64,000 bases of DNA from Camelus dromedarius (GCF_036321535.1 NC_087437.1:80168001-80232000); one strand, 5' to 3'; shown: positions 11,680 through 26,074, counted from the first letter of the stretch. The notes: generated by a model from the letters alone, not told the origin. Numbers and translations: made by a program.

Positions 11680-14600
11680 AAATAATTATAGTAAAAACAC
11701 AAAATAGAACAATGTACCACCTTTGAAAGAGACGTAAGTCAAAACGCACTGATTTGGAAAGATAAGATATCCAAGCTATTCTGACAAGTGAAAAAGGCAA
11801 GGTATAATATAGTATGCATTACTCATTCAATTTGTATAATCAAAAGGATGTGGGATATGTGTTATATATCACATTATATAAGTAATATATAACCTAAAAT
11901 ACTGTTCATACACACAGGAATCATCTTATAGGACCACTAAAAGACATATAAAAGGAAGTTAATATTTAACTTCCAGGCCATGAGAATAGGAATTAGAAAG
12001 AGATATTTTTACTTTCCACTTTAATCATGCACTATTTGAAATTTCTATTATGTGTATGATTTACTTTTTTATAATTGATAAAACTAATTTAAATAACAAA
12101 ATATCTTTTTTAATTAACCCAGACTCTAAAAGGTATGATCTCAAAGATCAAAATAATATTTTATTACCATGATCACTTAAGTTAATTTCTTTTTTCTTCC
12201 AAGTATTTTGAGAGAAAAATAATTTATATTGTCAGAACAAGCACAGAAAGATTATCAGGACTATAATTAAAATGTTTTGTTAAGTGAATTCTCAGTTTGT
12301 ACAAAAAAATTTTTTCAAATATCTCATTTGGCAATAAAAGAGTTTCCATGGGGAAAAAAATACCTGGATTCAAGTCCTAATTCCCCCTTTTAGTTTCCTA
12401 TATCCGTAGATGAGTCAAAACTTTAGTGAGTTTACTTCTCTTTATAATATTTCATATGCAGAATATCCTAGAGGTCCGTGAGTCATATCTACACTTTGTA
12501 AAGCACATTGAGTCCTTTAGAAAAATAATCTGATGTGTAACGACTCTGCAAGGGGGCTATTAATTTATTCACTCTTTAATAAAGCCTTTGGATTGTGTTC
12601 TTTACCCCAGTGCAACCTAATTTTACCATTATAGCTACTTCCTCTTTCCCTTCTTTCCACAAGTTCCAATAATGCCTTTTTATGTAGCCAAACTCCCCCT
12701 GATTCTAATCAGTCCAGCCTTTAGTTTTAGTAGCATGTTACTGGTAATATTTCTCAGACATTGCTTTTTCGGTATGAAGCCATTTCTTCCATCTCCTACT
12801 AGTGATGCTAAATTATGCCCCAGGGATATGTTTCTAATAATGCCTCATTCTTCTTTCCCAAACATCTCTAACACTTGCAATGCAATAGCAATTTTCAAAC
12901 AATAAAAAGTAAATAAGAGGAATTCAACTCTTTCTTGGTTTGCAGAGAACTCCAGTTGAATGGGAGTTATTGCAAAATATATTCCCTCTAGGAAACAGCT
13001 TCAGTTTATAGCTAACATTCTCCTATAATCATGCATTGCTTTAACACCAAAAATACCCAGGAACTCCAACTATGAAACAGAGCCATCTCTCCATAACTTT
13101 TAGGTCGATGTTTCATTTCATCAGAAGCTTTAAATTGTTAATAAGAGCTAATACACCCCAACATATAAATTGTATTATTATTCTGATAAAGGTATTTGGC
13201 TTCAAAGTGAAAATCTGCCCCCAACCTGATTTTCATATTTCCTTAGATGAGTTGTTCTAAAATCCCACTGATTCCAAAAAGATGTCCCTTTATGGAACAG
13301 ATGTGTATCAGTGGGAATTAGGCAGACACTCTGAGGCCTATTATCAGGAATAAATTTTTTTATAGGAAACATCACAGCTTGAATACAACTATTCCAGGGA
13401 AGTTTTTCCCGCAAATGAATCTTCGTAACTGCCTGTAAGGGAGAACATCGTTTAAATTGGTGAAACGTGGATAAAGGAATTGTCTAGAACAGAGGGAAGC
13501 TATGACCACATCCTCACCACAGCAGGCAATTTAGAAAAATGTAATGGAAAGGTTGGAAACAGATACAAAGAGGAAATTTCCCAGGTGAGCTGTCTGGGAT
13601 TTCAGCAATGTGCACAAGATTGAAGAAGACATCTAAATCCCTTCCCTTGTGAGTTTATGACTTAATGATAATGGAGGTGTTTTAGGAATATCTGTCTCAT
13701 TTAAATCACAAGCCAGACTGAAGGGAAATGCTGTGGGAGCCTGGGTGCCCTCGACAGTGCCTTGGGCACCAGCAGTGAGGGCCTGAACCAGGGAGAGGCA
13801 GAGGCAAGTTACAGGGGAAGTGGAGGTGAGAGGGAGGACCACACCAAAAGGAGACAGGAAGCCCACTGAAGGTGTCTTCCACCTGCGGGAAGCTCCTCCT
13901 TCACAAGAGCTTTCCTGCTTATTTCCTCACGGCAGTCCTACATGGTGTTAGAACGGGAATAATGCCCTTTATGCCAAGAAGGAATCTGAGACTCAGAGGC
14001 TAACTGCCACATCACAAGTATTGGACCTAATCTTGGGGTGGAGGCTGGGTGGAATTTAAAAACAATATTAAGCACAGCTCTTACTAGTCTTACAACCAAA
14101 TCCTGTACTACACAGTTACACTGCAGTTAAACTGCTGGGAGCACAGCAGGTGCTTAACAGATATTTGAATTAATGTTGGATCAAAGAATGAGTGAATGAA
14201 TCAAAACATGAATGAATTCATGTTCAGTTTTTTATAACTGGATTTCTTTTCTGCTGCATTTACACATCTTTTGCCCCAGTTCTCTATAAGACTTTTGAAG
14301 GGGTGAGCTACGTTCTCTTTGTTCCCTTGTTCTCTTTGTATCCCCAGTGGAAAGCCCTGGGTCTAACCCAGCGCACAGTCCTCTTTGCTGCGGCTTACAC
14401 CGTGATCAATCAAAGCTGGGTGGGGCACCTCAGTTCACAGCACATGATCGTCATCAGTCCACACACTTTCCTACTTTTGTTGTTACCTCTCTCATCCTGG
14501 CTTTTTGCACCCACTCAACTACCACCCTGATCACATTACTCTCTTTATTTATACATATAAGCCTCCCTAAACTACATATACTATTTTATGCATTTTTTAT

Positions 14601-15071
14601 ACTAATAAAAGAGATGTCATGCTACATATCTCATTCTGTTTTATATCTTTACTTAACATACTTAGAATACACAGTTCACTGCCTTTGACTAACGTGTGCA
14701 TTTTTTATCATATATTTAAATTCATTTACTTATACTCATCTTTGATACACATTTAGTTTGTTTCCAATCTTTGCTATCACAAACAATACATGATGAACAC
14801 CCTCATGTATGACTATTTGCATAAATGTGCAAGACTTAATTTTAATTATTTGAACTACCTGCAAATAATTAAATAAAAACAGTTAACTTTCACATAGAAA
14901 TCTGTTTCTTCACCTTATTTTGAGAAATGGAAAAATTTGGCAATTCTGAGGCTTTATTCCCTCTAAGAAATACTGGCAGGAGCTGAACAGGAGCTGCGTG
15001 TTGGGAAGGCGCTCTCCAGACTGCCACTGAGCCACCTCTCCATGTTGTCCCCTGATACTCCTCCATTTCAC

Positions 15072-15576
15072 TGTGTTATTTTCCTGTTGCTGCTGCAACA
15101 AATTAACACAAGTAGAGTGGCTTAAAACAATGCAATCTTATTATCTCACAGTTCTGGGGATCAGAAGTCCAAAATGGGTCTCACCAGGTTAAAAGAAGGT
15201 GTCAGCAAGACTGTGTTTCTTTCCAGAGGCTGTAGGGGAAAGTCTATTGTCTTGTCTTTTCCAGTTTCTAGAGTCTTTCTGCATTCCTTGGCCAGTGTTC
15301 ACCTTTCAACCTCGAAGCCAGCAATGGATTTCTCTTACTGCATTATTTTGACACTAACTTTTCTGCCTCCTCTTCCATCTTAAGGAGCCTTGTGATTGCA
15401 TTGGACCTACCCAAGTTATCCAGGGTAAAGTCAGCTGATTAGCAAACTTAACTCCATCAGCAACCTTAACCCTCTGCCATAAAATATAGCATATTCACAG
15501 GTTCTTGGGATTAGGACATGAGCAATTTTGGAACTTGGAAGGTGGGGTTGGAGGTGGGCTTTATTCTATTTCCACA
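15072..15576 (-). mobile_element. MaLR solo LTR, MLT1C/D-like
   Basis: ttgctgctgcaacaaatt...gtggcttaaaacaa...atattcacaggttcttgggattaggaca; TG...CA ends. Confidence 0.9.
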
Positions 15577-16559
15577 CTTGACAAACCCAGGCAGGCCAAG
15601 TGAATTGTTGATTTCTGTCCTATAGCATCTAAGTATTGGCCCACAATTATAGACACTTAACAATTTTCTCTGAAGTGAATTTACTAACAACTCAGACTTC
15701 TATTTCAGACACACTGATCACAAGAGTATTCAATACTGAACAATGAATTTGTTCTTTAAAATACTGACCATTCTTTTCTCAGTATCCACGTAATTGGCAT
15801 AATCTCAGCCCATATAGCATAGAATCAATCTAACTCTTCTCTAACTGGATAATCTCTTAGCAGTGGATCAAAATGTTACACGCTGAAGCAGAACTGTTAA
15901 GACATCTACAACCTGGCTAACAGTTGTGGTTATTTCTTCTCCCTTAACCGAAATGAACTGCTCATTCAGTGACTGCTTCAATCACTCTCACAACTATAGA
16001 GAAAAAGGCAATGATTCTTTACATAGTCCCTTATAATGGAAACATTACTTTAACCTTCCCAGATGTCCAGGGGAGTAATTGGACCAGAAGAATGGTAAGG
16101 TCCCTTCAAGTTCCAACATTCTATGGTTCTACACAACCTTAAGGAATGATGTGAGGAGGGCTCTTATTTGGTGGTGTTACTTAAGGGCCCTCTGCTCTTG
16201 CCTGCCTATTTCACACTTTACCTGGTTGAGAAACAACATTACCTGATTAGGACTGTCTGACTCTCCAGTCAGCAGTCTGGACAGGAGATTAGATCCAGCA
16301 AATGCAAACTCAAGTTGTTACCCAGAAATATGACTGACCCAGGCTCACTTCCTGCCCTGCCCTATCTAGGTCATTTTAACTCTCTCTCAATATCCCCAAC
16401 CAGTCATCTTTTTTCATCAACCTCCCTGTGCTTTGGGATCAATCCAAACACCCATCCTCTTGGCACCACTCCTTGGCTGCTGAAACTCTTTAGAAGAAAT
16501 CTTTGAATCCTACAGATTCGTTTTTCTATAAATTTTTAGTCTCCAGTATCAGCTGTATC

Positions 16560-16667
16560 TAGGGTGACCAATGGTCCTGGTTTGCCTAAAATTGAAGGGG
16601 TTCTTGGGATGTGGAACTTAAAAACTAGAACAGTCTAGCCTACTGGGACAACTTAGCTGCATCCTTA
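16560..16667. mobile_element. MER81-like hAT MITE
   Basis: tagggtgacc terminus followed by gtcctggtttgcc; decayed opposite end gcatcctta. Confidence 0.7.
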
Positions 16668-16845
16668 ACAAGTCCCCATAATCCTTTTCATGGCCCATTC
16701 AGTTCTCTCCCCAATTCCACACATTCACAGCCCTCCATGTCCCACATGCCCCAATGCACATGACTTTTCCTCTTTCTTTACAGAGAAGACTGAGACCATC
16801 AAGCCATTGCATTGAATAGAAAATGGGCCATGTAGGAAAGTGTCT

Positions 16846-17321
16846 TGATAAAGATCCTCTCCTTGACCAAACTTAGTCAAGCTACTCTGAGGTCTTTTTC
16901 AACTAGACCCTGATGTTGGTCTTGCATGTTTGTCTCTGCATTGTCCAATTTTAGCAAAACTCCTGCTAAGTCAGTTTAGCCAGAATGTCCCATCCTCCGT
17001 ATTTGATCACCTTCAATATCTGATTGGTTCCTCATCTCCATCATCTTTCATGTGATGTCTGATCACCCTGGCCTGCCTTCAGCAAGAATCTCGCCCTTAC
17101 TCCTGATGTTTCCTTCTAGTAAACTTTCATCCATTGACCCTCAACTTGCTCCTTGTCTATAAACTTCCATTTGCTAATGCTGCATTTGGGGTTGAACCCA
17201 ATCTCTCTCCCCCACTGCAAAACCCCATTGCAGTTGTCCCTGAACCTATAGAGGTAGTCCCATCTTGAATAGCCTTTCTAACAATCTTCAGCAAGTGTCA
17301 TGAATAATTTTATCTTTAACA
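16846..17321 (+). mobile_element. ERV1-class solo LTR, MER31-like
   Basis: tgataaagatcctctccttgaccaaacttagtca...ctgctaagtcagtttagc...atctttaaca; flanks GTGTCT / GTGTCA. Confidence 0.85.
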
Positions 17322-17849
17322 GTGTCAACAAGAAAAGGCCAAATGACTGCCTGCAATGAGCCTGAACAAGTACAACTGGGCTTAATGAATTCATCACAGT
17401 CTAGGAATTGGCCTTTAACTTGCAGGAACAGGGGAGATACTTTTGTTAGCATATCAAAGTAGGTCTGACTCTGAGGGGGTGGACTCGCATTAATCAAGTT
17501 CTCACCCACCACTATTTTACACCAGAATGATGATTTACTCATTCAGAAGAAGCCCAACCATCAGACAGAAACACTCACGTCACTTTCAACAAGTGACATG
17601 AAGAAAAAAATTATCATCAGAAGACTACTTTATTAATGTTCACTTTGAAAACAGTTTTCAAGCGGAGACTCTGATCCATAAGTCTGATTGTTGAATATCC
17701 TTGAATAAATAGATAAGCGGGAAGTTAAATGATCAAAAGATTACCCTTCTGAATACTGACCAGAACAAAGGAATATGAAGAATCTTTAAAAAGTCCTTTA
17801 GCAAAGGTAATGTGAATTGCTGTCTCACACCAGAGGGATGTCACCTAGA

Positions 17850-17929
17850 AGACCATGTAATGCACAACTCCTGAAGGACGTCATTCACATATTAGTGCAC
17901 TGTCTGCACGACCATTCATCATTGCCCTG
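17850..17929. mobile_element. MER91-like hAT MITE fragment
   Basis: tgcacaactcctgaaggacgtcattcacat...tgcacgacc...gccctg. Confidence 0.5.
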
Positions 17930-18119
17930 GTAGCATACTAAATACAACATTTACCTTGTTTTTGCATTTACAGAATATATTGGAGAATGTTCAACATCAA
18001 TGCTAAAGAATGATATCATTTTTATAGGGTTATACAGCGTTCCTTGCTTTATATACCTTAAATTGTTTAACAGTTTCCAATTCAGAGGGTCAGGAGACTC
18101 AATCTAATATCCCCTTGTC

Positions 18120-18830
18120 TTCTCCAGGATTGGCCCTTTAGTTAATTATTCTCTCTCCTATATTGTTTTTCTGCGCTCCACTGACACCTTCCTCATCATC
18201 TACACATGTGCCCAAGTCTTTCCCTTGATATTTTAAGCATTTCTCTCACTAGAATATATCACCCTTTCCTTTCACAAGCAAGATCCTAGAAAGAATGGTC
18301 TTCACTCAGACTCCCTTCCTCCACCCATTCACTATTCAATCCACTGCGGTTGGGCCTCTGCCCTCATCACTGCAGTGAGGGTAAGTCGGATGTATTCACC
18401 AGTGTCCCACTACTTGCCAAAAACAATTTAATCTTAAAACCCAACTTACTTGGCCCCCTTACTGACCATGCCCCATTTGGAATTCTTTCCAACCTTGGAT
18501 TTGATGACATTGCTTGGTCCTGGATCTCCTTGGATCTATCTCTTTTTCCTTTCTCAGCCTCTTTTGCTAGTTTCTCATCTTCTTCTAGGCTGATGGAGGC
18601 CAGGATTCTGCCTTTTACCTTCTTCTCACCTCACTCTATACCCTCTTTAGACTGTCTCAGACCTCCAACATTCTTCATTGTGTGACTGAATAAGTATCAC
18701 ATCTCTAGCCAAGGCCTCTATGAGCACCAACCTGGGCATGCTACTATCTTCTAGGTAGTTCCATCTAGATGTCTCATAGCTACCTGAAACGCAACACAGC
18801 CAAATGTCTAATGTTTGCTTCTTGTGTAAC
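18120..18830 (+). mobile_element. LINE-2 fragment
   Basis: Pyrimidine-rich; caatccactgc...ctgccctcatcactgca, atctagatgtctcatagctacctgaaac. Confidence 0.75.
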
Positions 18831-19479
18831 CAGATCTGTTTTCTCTATTCCTCCTTTCTCTTTCATAGCTGCTCAGAGACCTGCAGTGTCCTCAACAACA
18901 GCAAACCTATCTTTTTCAGGATTGCCGTTTACCTTTTCAGCCTAGAAAAGTCTGCTGCAATGTCAATTAGCATCCGTTGGACAGGACTGAGGATGAAGCC
19001 ATGTTGGGTGTCTCTCTAACGTGTGGCTCCTGAGAAGCTTCCACATATCTTTTCCTGGACAAATTCTGGGAGTTCATTTTTTCCCCTTTTGACAATTTCT
19101 CCATTGTGCCCTCATCATAGCATTTATCCAGTCACCCACCTCTTAGATTTCTCAGGTATGAGTCAGAAACTGGTCCAAATGTCACTCAAACCCATGGGGC
19201 ATTATTAAATGCTCTGAGGTGAGGCAAGGTACAGGCACACCCCATTCATTTCCTTGAAGGGAAGAAGGGGGACTCACAGCAAAGAACTTCCCCTCAAAAT
19301 TCCATCTAATATTCAAATCATGGCCCTTTTATACTCTTATAAGAGAATTAAGACAAATGTGACTGGCTTTTAATAATCTCCTTAAAATTTGGCATTTTGT
19401 CTGATATATCCTGTGGAATATATTATTTCTTGTACCTTGCTATCTCAGCCAAAACTTCCATTTTATCATCTCATTGTAT

Positions 19480-19960
19480 TATCATACCCTTTGATTAAAA
19501 ACTCTACTCTAGCAAATCAACCCTAGAAAAGTACTCCAAAATACAAGAAAAAGACATGCTCACAAAGATTTCTATTGCACCTCTACTAAAATAGTGAAAA
19601 ATTGTAAACGTTTCCACTTGAAAAGTAAAAATTTTTTCAGTTGAGAAATTCAAATATTCAACAATATGATAATGACTAGGTAAGCTATGGAACACCTACT
19701 CAATAGAACCCACACGTCCGTTAATTATTTGAATGAACACAGGAACATTCTTAGGTTATAATGTTAAGCTTAAAAAAAATGTCCAAAACTAAACATACAG
19801 GTGGAAAACTGTATACAAAAAAACCTCTGCACAGAAAAAGCGAAAAAGTAAAATTAAAATGTTAATGGTTTTCTTCATATGAAAAGATTTTCAGTAATTT
19901 AGTTTTCTTTCACAACCCAAATTTTCTATAATGAACATGCTACTTTCATGATCAGAAAAA
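19480..19960 (+). mobile_element. L1ME-type 3' end
   Basis: atcatacccttgatt-like ORF2 end, actctagcaaatcaaccctagaaaa, and ttttctataatgaacatg...aaaaataaa. Confidence 0.7.
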
Positions 19961-21404
19961 TAAAGCAACTTTTTCAATATATATTCATAAAATCCCACTC
20001 CACACAATAAACAGATTTATCTCTGTAGTAGACTTAAGACCACTGTCTTTGAGCTAAAGCCCCACACTGGAATAAGTGGAAACTTCTAAACTGAGTCATC
20101 TTTCTTCTTTCTCCAAACAACTAAGCAAACTGACCACCAAGGGCTTTAATAGTATGCACAAATAAATCTAACATCTGGTAGTGAGACACTGAGCTTCCAT
20201 CTCACTGTCCAGGAAGATGGTTGAGGAATAACTGAAAAATATCAAAAACTGAATAATTAACTATCTAATATTTCTTGACCATACAAGGTAGTTCTCTAAA
20301 GGCTGGAAGAACACTGAAATTTTTATATTTTAATCAACGCATCAGGTAAGGAAGCACAGCTCTGAAAGATAATGCAGCTTCAGCAATTAACCTAGCCATA
20401 TTTACCACTTTACAGAATTAGTTTACCTGCCAACCTCAATCTGCCAGGATTCTCCTAACTTTTTAAATGTGCATTGTGGCAATTCTGCCACAGAAGCTAT
20501 TGGGCAGTCTGTCAAGAAATAACTGCAACTGTCCATTACATTTTGTCTTTTCTAACGGAGTTACTGGGGAATATTTCAGGTTTTTAACATTTTAAAATTG
20601 ACATGTTCATTGATTCTTGCTCCTTTATGTGCATTATACACAGTCCTGGCATCCCACATCAAAATGCTAAACTTTACAACTCGAAACTCACCACCACAGT
20701 AGGTAACTTCCTTAGGTTATTAGCAAATGTCACTAATGCAATTGAATCGCAAGTATTAAAATAAAATGCCTGTCTTTAGACCTTCTTGATACTCTAAAAC
20801 AGTAATTAAATGCATTAGTAATACTTTCTGACAATGAAGCTCTTAATTTTTAAAATCTGAAGTGACCTTTTCTACAATTTCTTAGCAAAAAAGAAAAGTA
20901 ACTGCAATTAGACTATCGGGACCATGCTATCATCATCATCTTCTTTTAATCCAAAACAGTGAGTGATCTAAGAGGGAAAGGTCTAAAGTTCTTTAATTGG
21001 AACTAATTCCTGTGGACCTCCAGCAACTTTGCCGAAGTTCAAAATAGCAGATAATAGGATGATTAATGCTTTAATCCCCCAACAGAAGGATGTTGAGCCT
21101 GTTACTTTTGCTCATTCCCTTCTCAGAATTTACTTAATTTTGTTTTCCTTGATTCAGAACAGTTGCTTTTAAATGGGAGAATCATGTCTAGCCCAGTAAT
21201 GTGCTACTTACAGCAGGAGGAGACATAGTTCAGGAATAAAACTGAAAGGATGGGGATTCTGTAGAATCTGAGAAATGTTTCCTTCAATTTCATGGCCCTA
21301 TGATATTTAATATGTTATCACATGCCTCTACCGCTTAGTAAGATGCATTGAGAATATATGAATCCTTATCTCTGAGGACTTTCTCCGCTTCTGCAGTCCT
21401 TAAC

Positions 21405-21720
21405 AGCATTCAAGTGCCCGTATTACGTACCTACAATGTGCTGGTAGAGAAGAGAAGTATAAGATGTCCTTGCCCTCACAGAGCTTACAATTTCAAGTTG
21501 AGATATAGGACTACTTTATATATACCTACAAGAGATTAGGAAGGATGTGACTTAAACTGGTCCTAGTGGTGTGGGGCAGATTCTTAATAAAATAAGAATT
21601 AAGAGAAGGAAAAGTGCAGAGGGGGTTTCTGGAACGGTCTCAGAAAGGCTGCCCAGAAAATGTTGAACAGGGCAGCCTTGAAAGATAATTTGCGTCTGGA
21701 TGAGTTGGGAAGGAAGGGTG
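21405..21720 (-). mobile_element. LINE-2 3' fragment
   Basis: tacctacaatgtgctgg...gtccttgccctcacagagcttacaat. Confidence 0.65.
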
Positions 21721-24700
21721 TGTGCTAATCTCCTGTAAGATCTGTCACTTAGTTCCTTTTTGATTTTGCTTGTTTTTCACTTGTGTGATTATACATTTAA
21801 AAAACATAAAAGATAACTCAATAAGAAAAGCAAACACTGGAGAAAACTTGGGGGAACTCGTAGTCTTAATCCTGTCTCTATTCTTACATGATGTGGAATT
21901 TGAGGAACTGGCTTGGGTCAGGAAAAAACATCTTGGTAGATGGTCAGTGGGTCAAAGGAGATGCTAAAGAAGCAATATCTGTGACCAATTGATCGTGCCA
22001 AGTGTCATGTGTCTCTTGCTAATGTTGAAGTCTTTTCAAAGGGTTTCACAAGTCTCCATGCCCTACTCTTCAACACCAGTCTTAAGACAAGCAACAGCCA
22101 GCACTGACATTCCAGCCATCTGCAATGCCTTATTTATACGAGACACAAGACGGGCAAGCTATCAGAGTCACTAGTGAAGGTTGAAAAGAAGATTTTCAAT
22201 AGGTTCTCAGCAGCCAGAGGCTACAGAGCAGTTGAAAAATCTGAACTAATTACACAAGTAAAAACTGTTAAACATAGTACATCACTTTCTTAGACTATCA
22301 CAGAAAATCACTTCTTTGAGTATGCTTTGGGTTTTGCTTTATTTTGAAGTTTAAAATATTGTATTTAAGGATTTTGCTCCTCTGATTTAATCCAACACTT
22401 CATGTGAAAATAAACTTCTGACTTAGAAAAAAAATAGTCCTTCTAGTTTATTCTCAATCCATTTGGTCTCCAGCATTTATGTGATGGGGCTTCCTTTCTC
22501 AGCTTCTGTCTCTGTTCTCTAAACTGTAACTTAGAATAATCAGTTCTTTCTAAGCCACTTGATTCTCTCAAAATGTCTCTAAAAAGTTTCCACCAAAAAA
22601 CAAAAAGGTTTTTTGAAATTCTACTCATGCCTTCTCTTGTTCTTAGAAACTGCTTATGGCATACTGATTTCTCTCTCCTTTGCTAAGAAGTGAAACAAAA
22701 GAACTATGAAGCTCAGAAAAAGCTTTCCAAACCAGGGCTCCGCAAGGTTCAATTTTCATTTTGGTAAAAGGAGCATTTTACCACTTCTCCCTAGAATCCG
22801 AGATTCTTTAATTTCCATTATGGTAGATTTGTAGGCCTGGTACATTTTCTAATTCCTTCCATTGCCAAATATTGCTCTCCCCAGCTTCTCCCTGGACTAG
22901 CTTGGAACTACCTACATGAGCGTATCAAAGACATCTCCTGGAGTGCTTAGGAAGCCATGCAGATGGTATCAACATTCACTGAGCAACAAAGGTTATTTCT
23001 GCTTCATTGAAAATCTAATAAATAGAAACTAAAAAGGAAAATCAGAAGGTTGCTGTTGAAGGTAGACCCCCAATCAATGTTACCTCCCCATAGCAGTTAA
23101 TAGTGTAAAAGCCTTTTGACCTTTAGCCCTTTGGCTCTTCGTAACAGCCACGTGGTAAACATGAGGCTCACGGTAGAAAGCTCTCTGAGCTGCGGCTCGC
23201 TCTTTCAGCAGATCTGGAGTGCTCGACATCTTCATCCCGCTCCTGCCTCCACCATGTTCGGCTGCTTGATGCCAAAAGGGCGACAGACGGCCACAGAAGA
23301 GTTGCCTAAGGAACAAATGTCTTGAATCACAATGGACAGCCTGAGGCCATCGGTGGCCAGCTGGGCTTGGAGCCCTAGTCTCAAGGTCAAGCTAAGCAAA
23401 ACTGTGTAAGTGCGTGGAGACGTGGCATTGATGCTGCTTTCCCTGGGTGTGAGATGGGTATGGGGTCAGGAGCACCCACCTGAGATGCCAACTCATGGCA
23501 CAAACAGTGTAATAAATAACTATCCTTTAATTTGCTCTTTCTCAGATCTCAATGGCAAAGGAATGTTGTGAGTCAGGTGTCTGGATTTGTGGAGGTAAGC
23601 ACACCTCTTCAGAAGAGGCCCAGGTGTACGGCATGGTGAGAGGATTTCTGTGACTTGCCAAAGGTCACACAAGCATCAGAAAACAATATTAATAATAATA
23701 ATTAATAAGAATCTATTCTCTCCGAGGCTTCATTTAGGCTTCATTTCTTAACATTTAGAAGTGTTCTCCAGTTGACAAAGCCTTTCATCAGGAATAGAGT
23801 ACCATGAATTAATTTCTGTTAATAATAATATGTAGAGCACTTTGAAACTATAAGATATTCATTATCATTTAACCACATTTTCCTAACAACATCCTCACTT
23901 TTCAGATGAGGCAACCAACACACAGACTTAGGCTTGTAAATTGATAAATAAGAAAGGGCTAGAAAGAATGATCAATATGATGAAAAAATTAAAGTAATAC
24001 AGAATAAAGGGAAGTCTATTTGAGTCTGAATGCATTTCAAGAATTTTTCTGATTTTAAACATTTGTGAAGTCTTTATGAAGTTGTCATTATTTAAATCTA
24101 AGCCAAAGGCCTTGACGATTTCTAAGGGGGAAGAGGTGCATTGTATGAATTACAGAGCAGTGTTCTCCAACTCAAAACCCTCTTTAATTATACAGAAAAT
24201 GAAGCACTCTATCTCTCTCCATTTTTTGATTTGAATAAAAATAAAATCCCACTAAATTATTCTTCTCTTTCTCCATTATGTTTATATTCATGTGTCATTT
24301 TAGTGATTGGAAGCACATTAATTCTTTTCTTCCTGATTTGATCCTGGATTGGTGACTAGTCTGCTTTTGGAAGAAAATAGTTCAAAATATAAATAAATAA
24401 TATATTTTCACTGATTATAGATTTTAAGGTAGTGGTGCCTGAGTCATCAACACATGACTCCCATATTCACTCCAATACCGCTCCTTACGTAATGGGCATC
24501 AGGGGCATCACCAAGCTTTCTACTATGTGAACACTCTGGTTGAAAAAGAAGAAAAATGTCAATGGTGGTGAGTGAAAAAATTAATCTATTAAAAAGTCTT
24601 CCACTAGGAGTGGTAAAACAGCCACGGCTCAGACAGTTACATGCGAGTGTATAAAACACAGCAAACATGCAGAGAAGGGAAAAATCCTCCTCTGTCAGGA

Positions 24701-25744
24701 ATGGATTCAGTGACCTTAATAGGTCTCTTCTCTTTTTCTCTTATGAAAAGTCAAGGTTCTATGTCCTATCCTTGCACTTCGGGGGGAAAAAATGATCTTT
24801 CTGTTGTCAGTTGCTCTATAATGTAAGTCATTAAAGTCATCTGGCCCAAAACTAAGACAAGGCAATCAGCCCTGTGGTTTTGTGCAGCTTAGTAAGGAGA
24901 AGGGCTCACAGGCCTCTGCAGAGATGGAGACAGAGGCGTTCCAGAGATCACTTCCAAGTGGAGCCTGGTATAATCTCAACCCTTTTTAAAGAGTCGTTGT
25001 TGAAGGCCAGCAGCACAAATGCCTCCAAAGTGCTGAGGAAGAGAAAAGAACAAGCAGCTCTCTCTGCCTATGCTCTCTGCGGTAAACCAACCTACACCTC
25101 TGCAAAGCGGGCATTCCTTGGCCACCACTTTGGACAAATTAACCCTCCTCGAAAGTCACATGCGGCTCCCTACTGCCTGCACAATAAGATGGGAGGCTTC
25201 GGTGTAAACACCCACCATGACTCGATCCTACTGTTGTGAACGTTTTCCTCACTCATCTCTTCTTTTGCATACTCACCACTCTTGGAACTTTTCCATGTGT
25301 TGGTTCAATGTGTCCCACCTGCTAAGACGGTCCCCTCCTGTCTGCTACATTTCCTTCATGACCCAGCTCAAGTCTTAACTCTTCTAATCTCCCCCAGTTG
25401 GCCCACTGCATAGTCATCTCACTTCTAACTATTTGTCCTTGTCATTCACTGGCCATTCAGCATATGCTGCCCTCTCATGCTCTGAAGTTATAACTTTAGT
25501 ACAACTTTACTGGAGGCAAGGACTATAGCTCAGGCAACAGTTGTCCTGTATTCACCATGGTGCCCAGTATGTGGGAGTAATATTAATACAATATATTTGT
25601 GGAGCACTCCAGAGTATACAAAGCACTTCACAGGCAGCTCTCAAGGTAGCCAAACTTCTGGCAACATAATCACTGGACCTCACTGTCCTAGCCTCACCCT
25701 CAGAAGACCCTAAGCCATTCATCCTCTGTTTTCACCTGTAACTC

Positions 25745-25880
25745 TCTATCTGCATTTTACAGATGAGGACACCAAGGCCCAGAAAAGCTGATTCCCCTGT
25801 ATTTATGAGTATGTGAGAGCCTGAAGGCAAGCCCTGGTCTTCTAACTCCAAATTCAGTGATCTCTCTACTTTATCACAGT
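25745..25880 (-). mobile_element. MIR SINE
   Basis: Core cattttacagatgaggacaccaaggcccaga. Confidence 0.75.
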
Positions 25881-26074
25881 ACCTCCACAAGAAGCACTCA
25901 AAACTTTTTTGTGGATTTGGACCTTGGCTATCAGCATCACTAACAATGCCAGTAATTTGGTAGGGGAGCAAAGGTGTGTGTGTGTGTTGTGTCAATAACT
26001 GAGTGGGGTAGATAAAAACCTAGAAGTAGCAAAGATAGAAAATAAATAAAAACAAATAAAAGCAAATAATAGTT

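Larger units (their letters stand above)
6500..12090 (+). mobile_element. Ancient, heavily decayed LINE-1 (L1ME-like), interrupted by an L2 and a solo LTR
   Basis: A-rich + strand; residual ORF2 motifs near 9065 (FFSSAHG-like), 10075 (KMSILPKLIY-like) and 10205 (KKKNNEGGLALPD-like); L1ME-type 3'UTR at 11680-12090. Confidence 0.75.
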
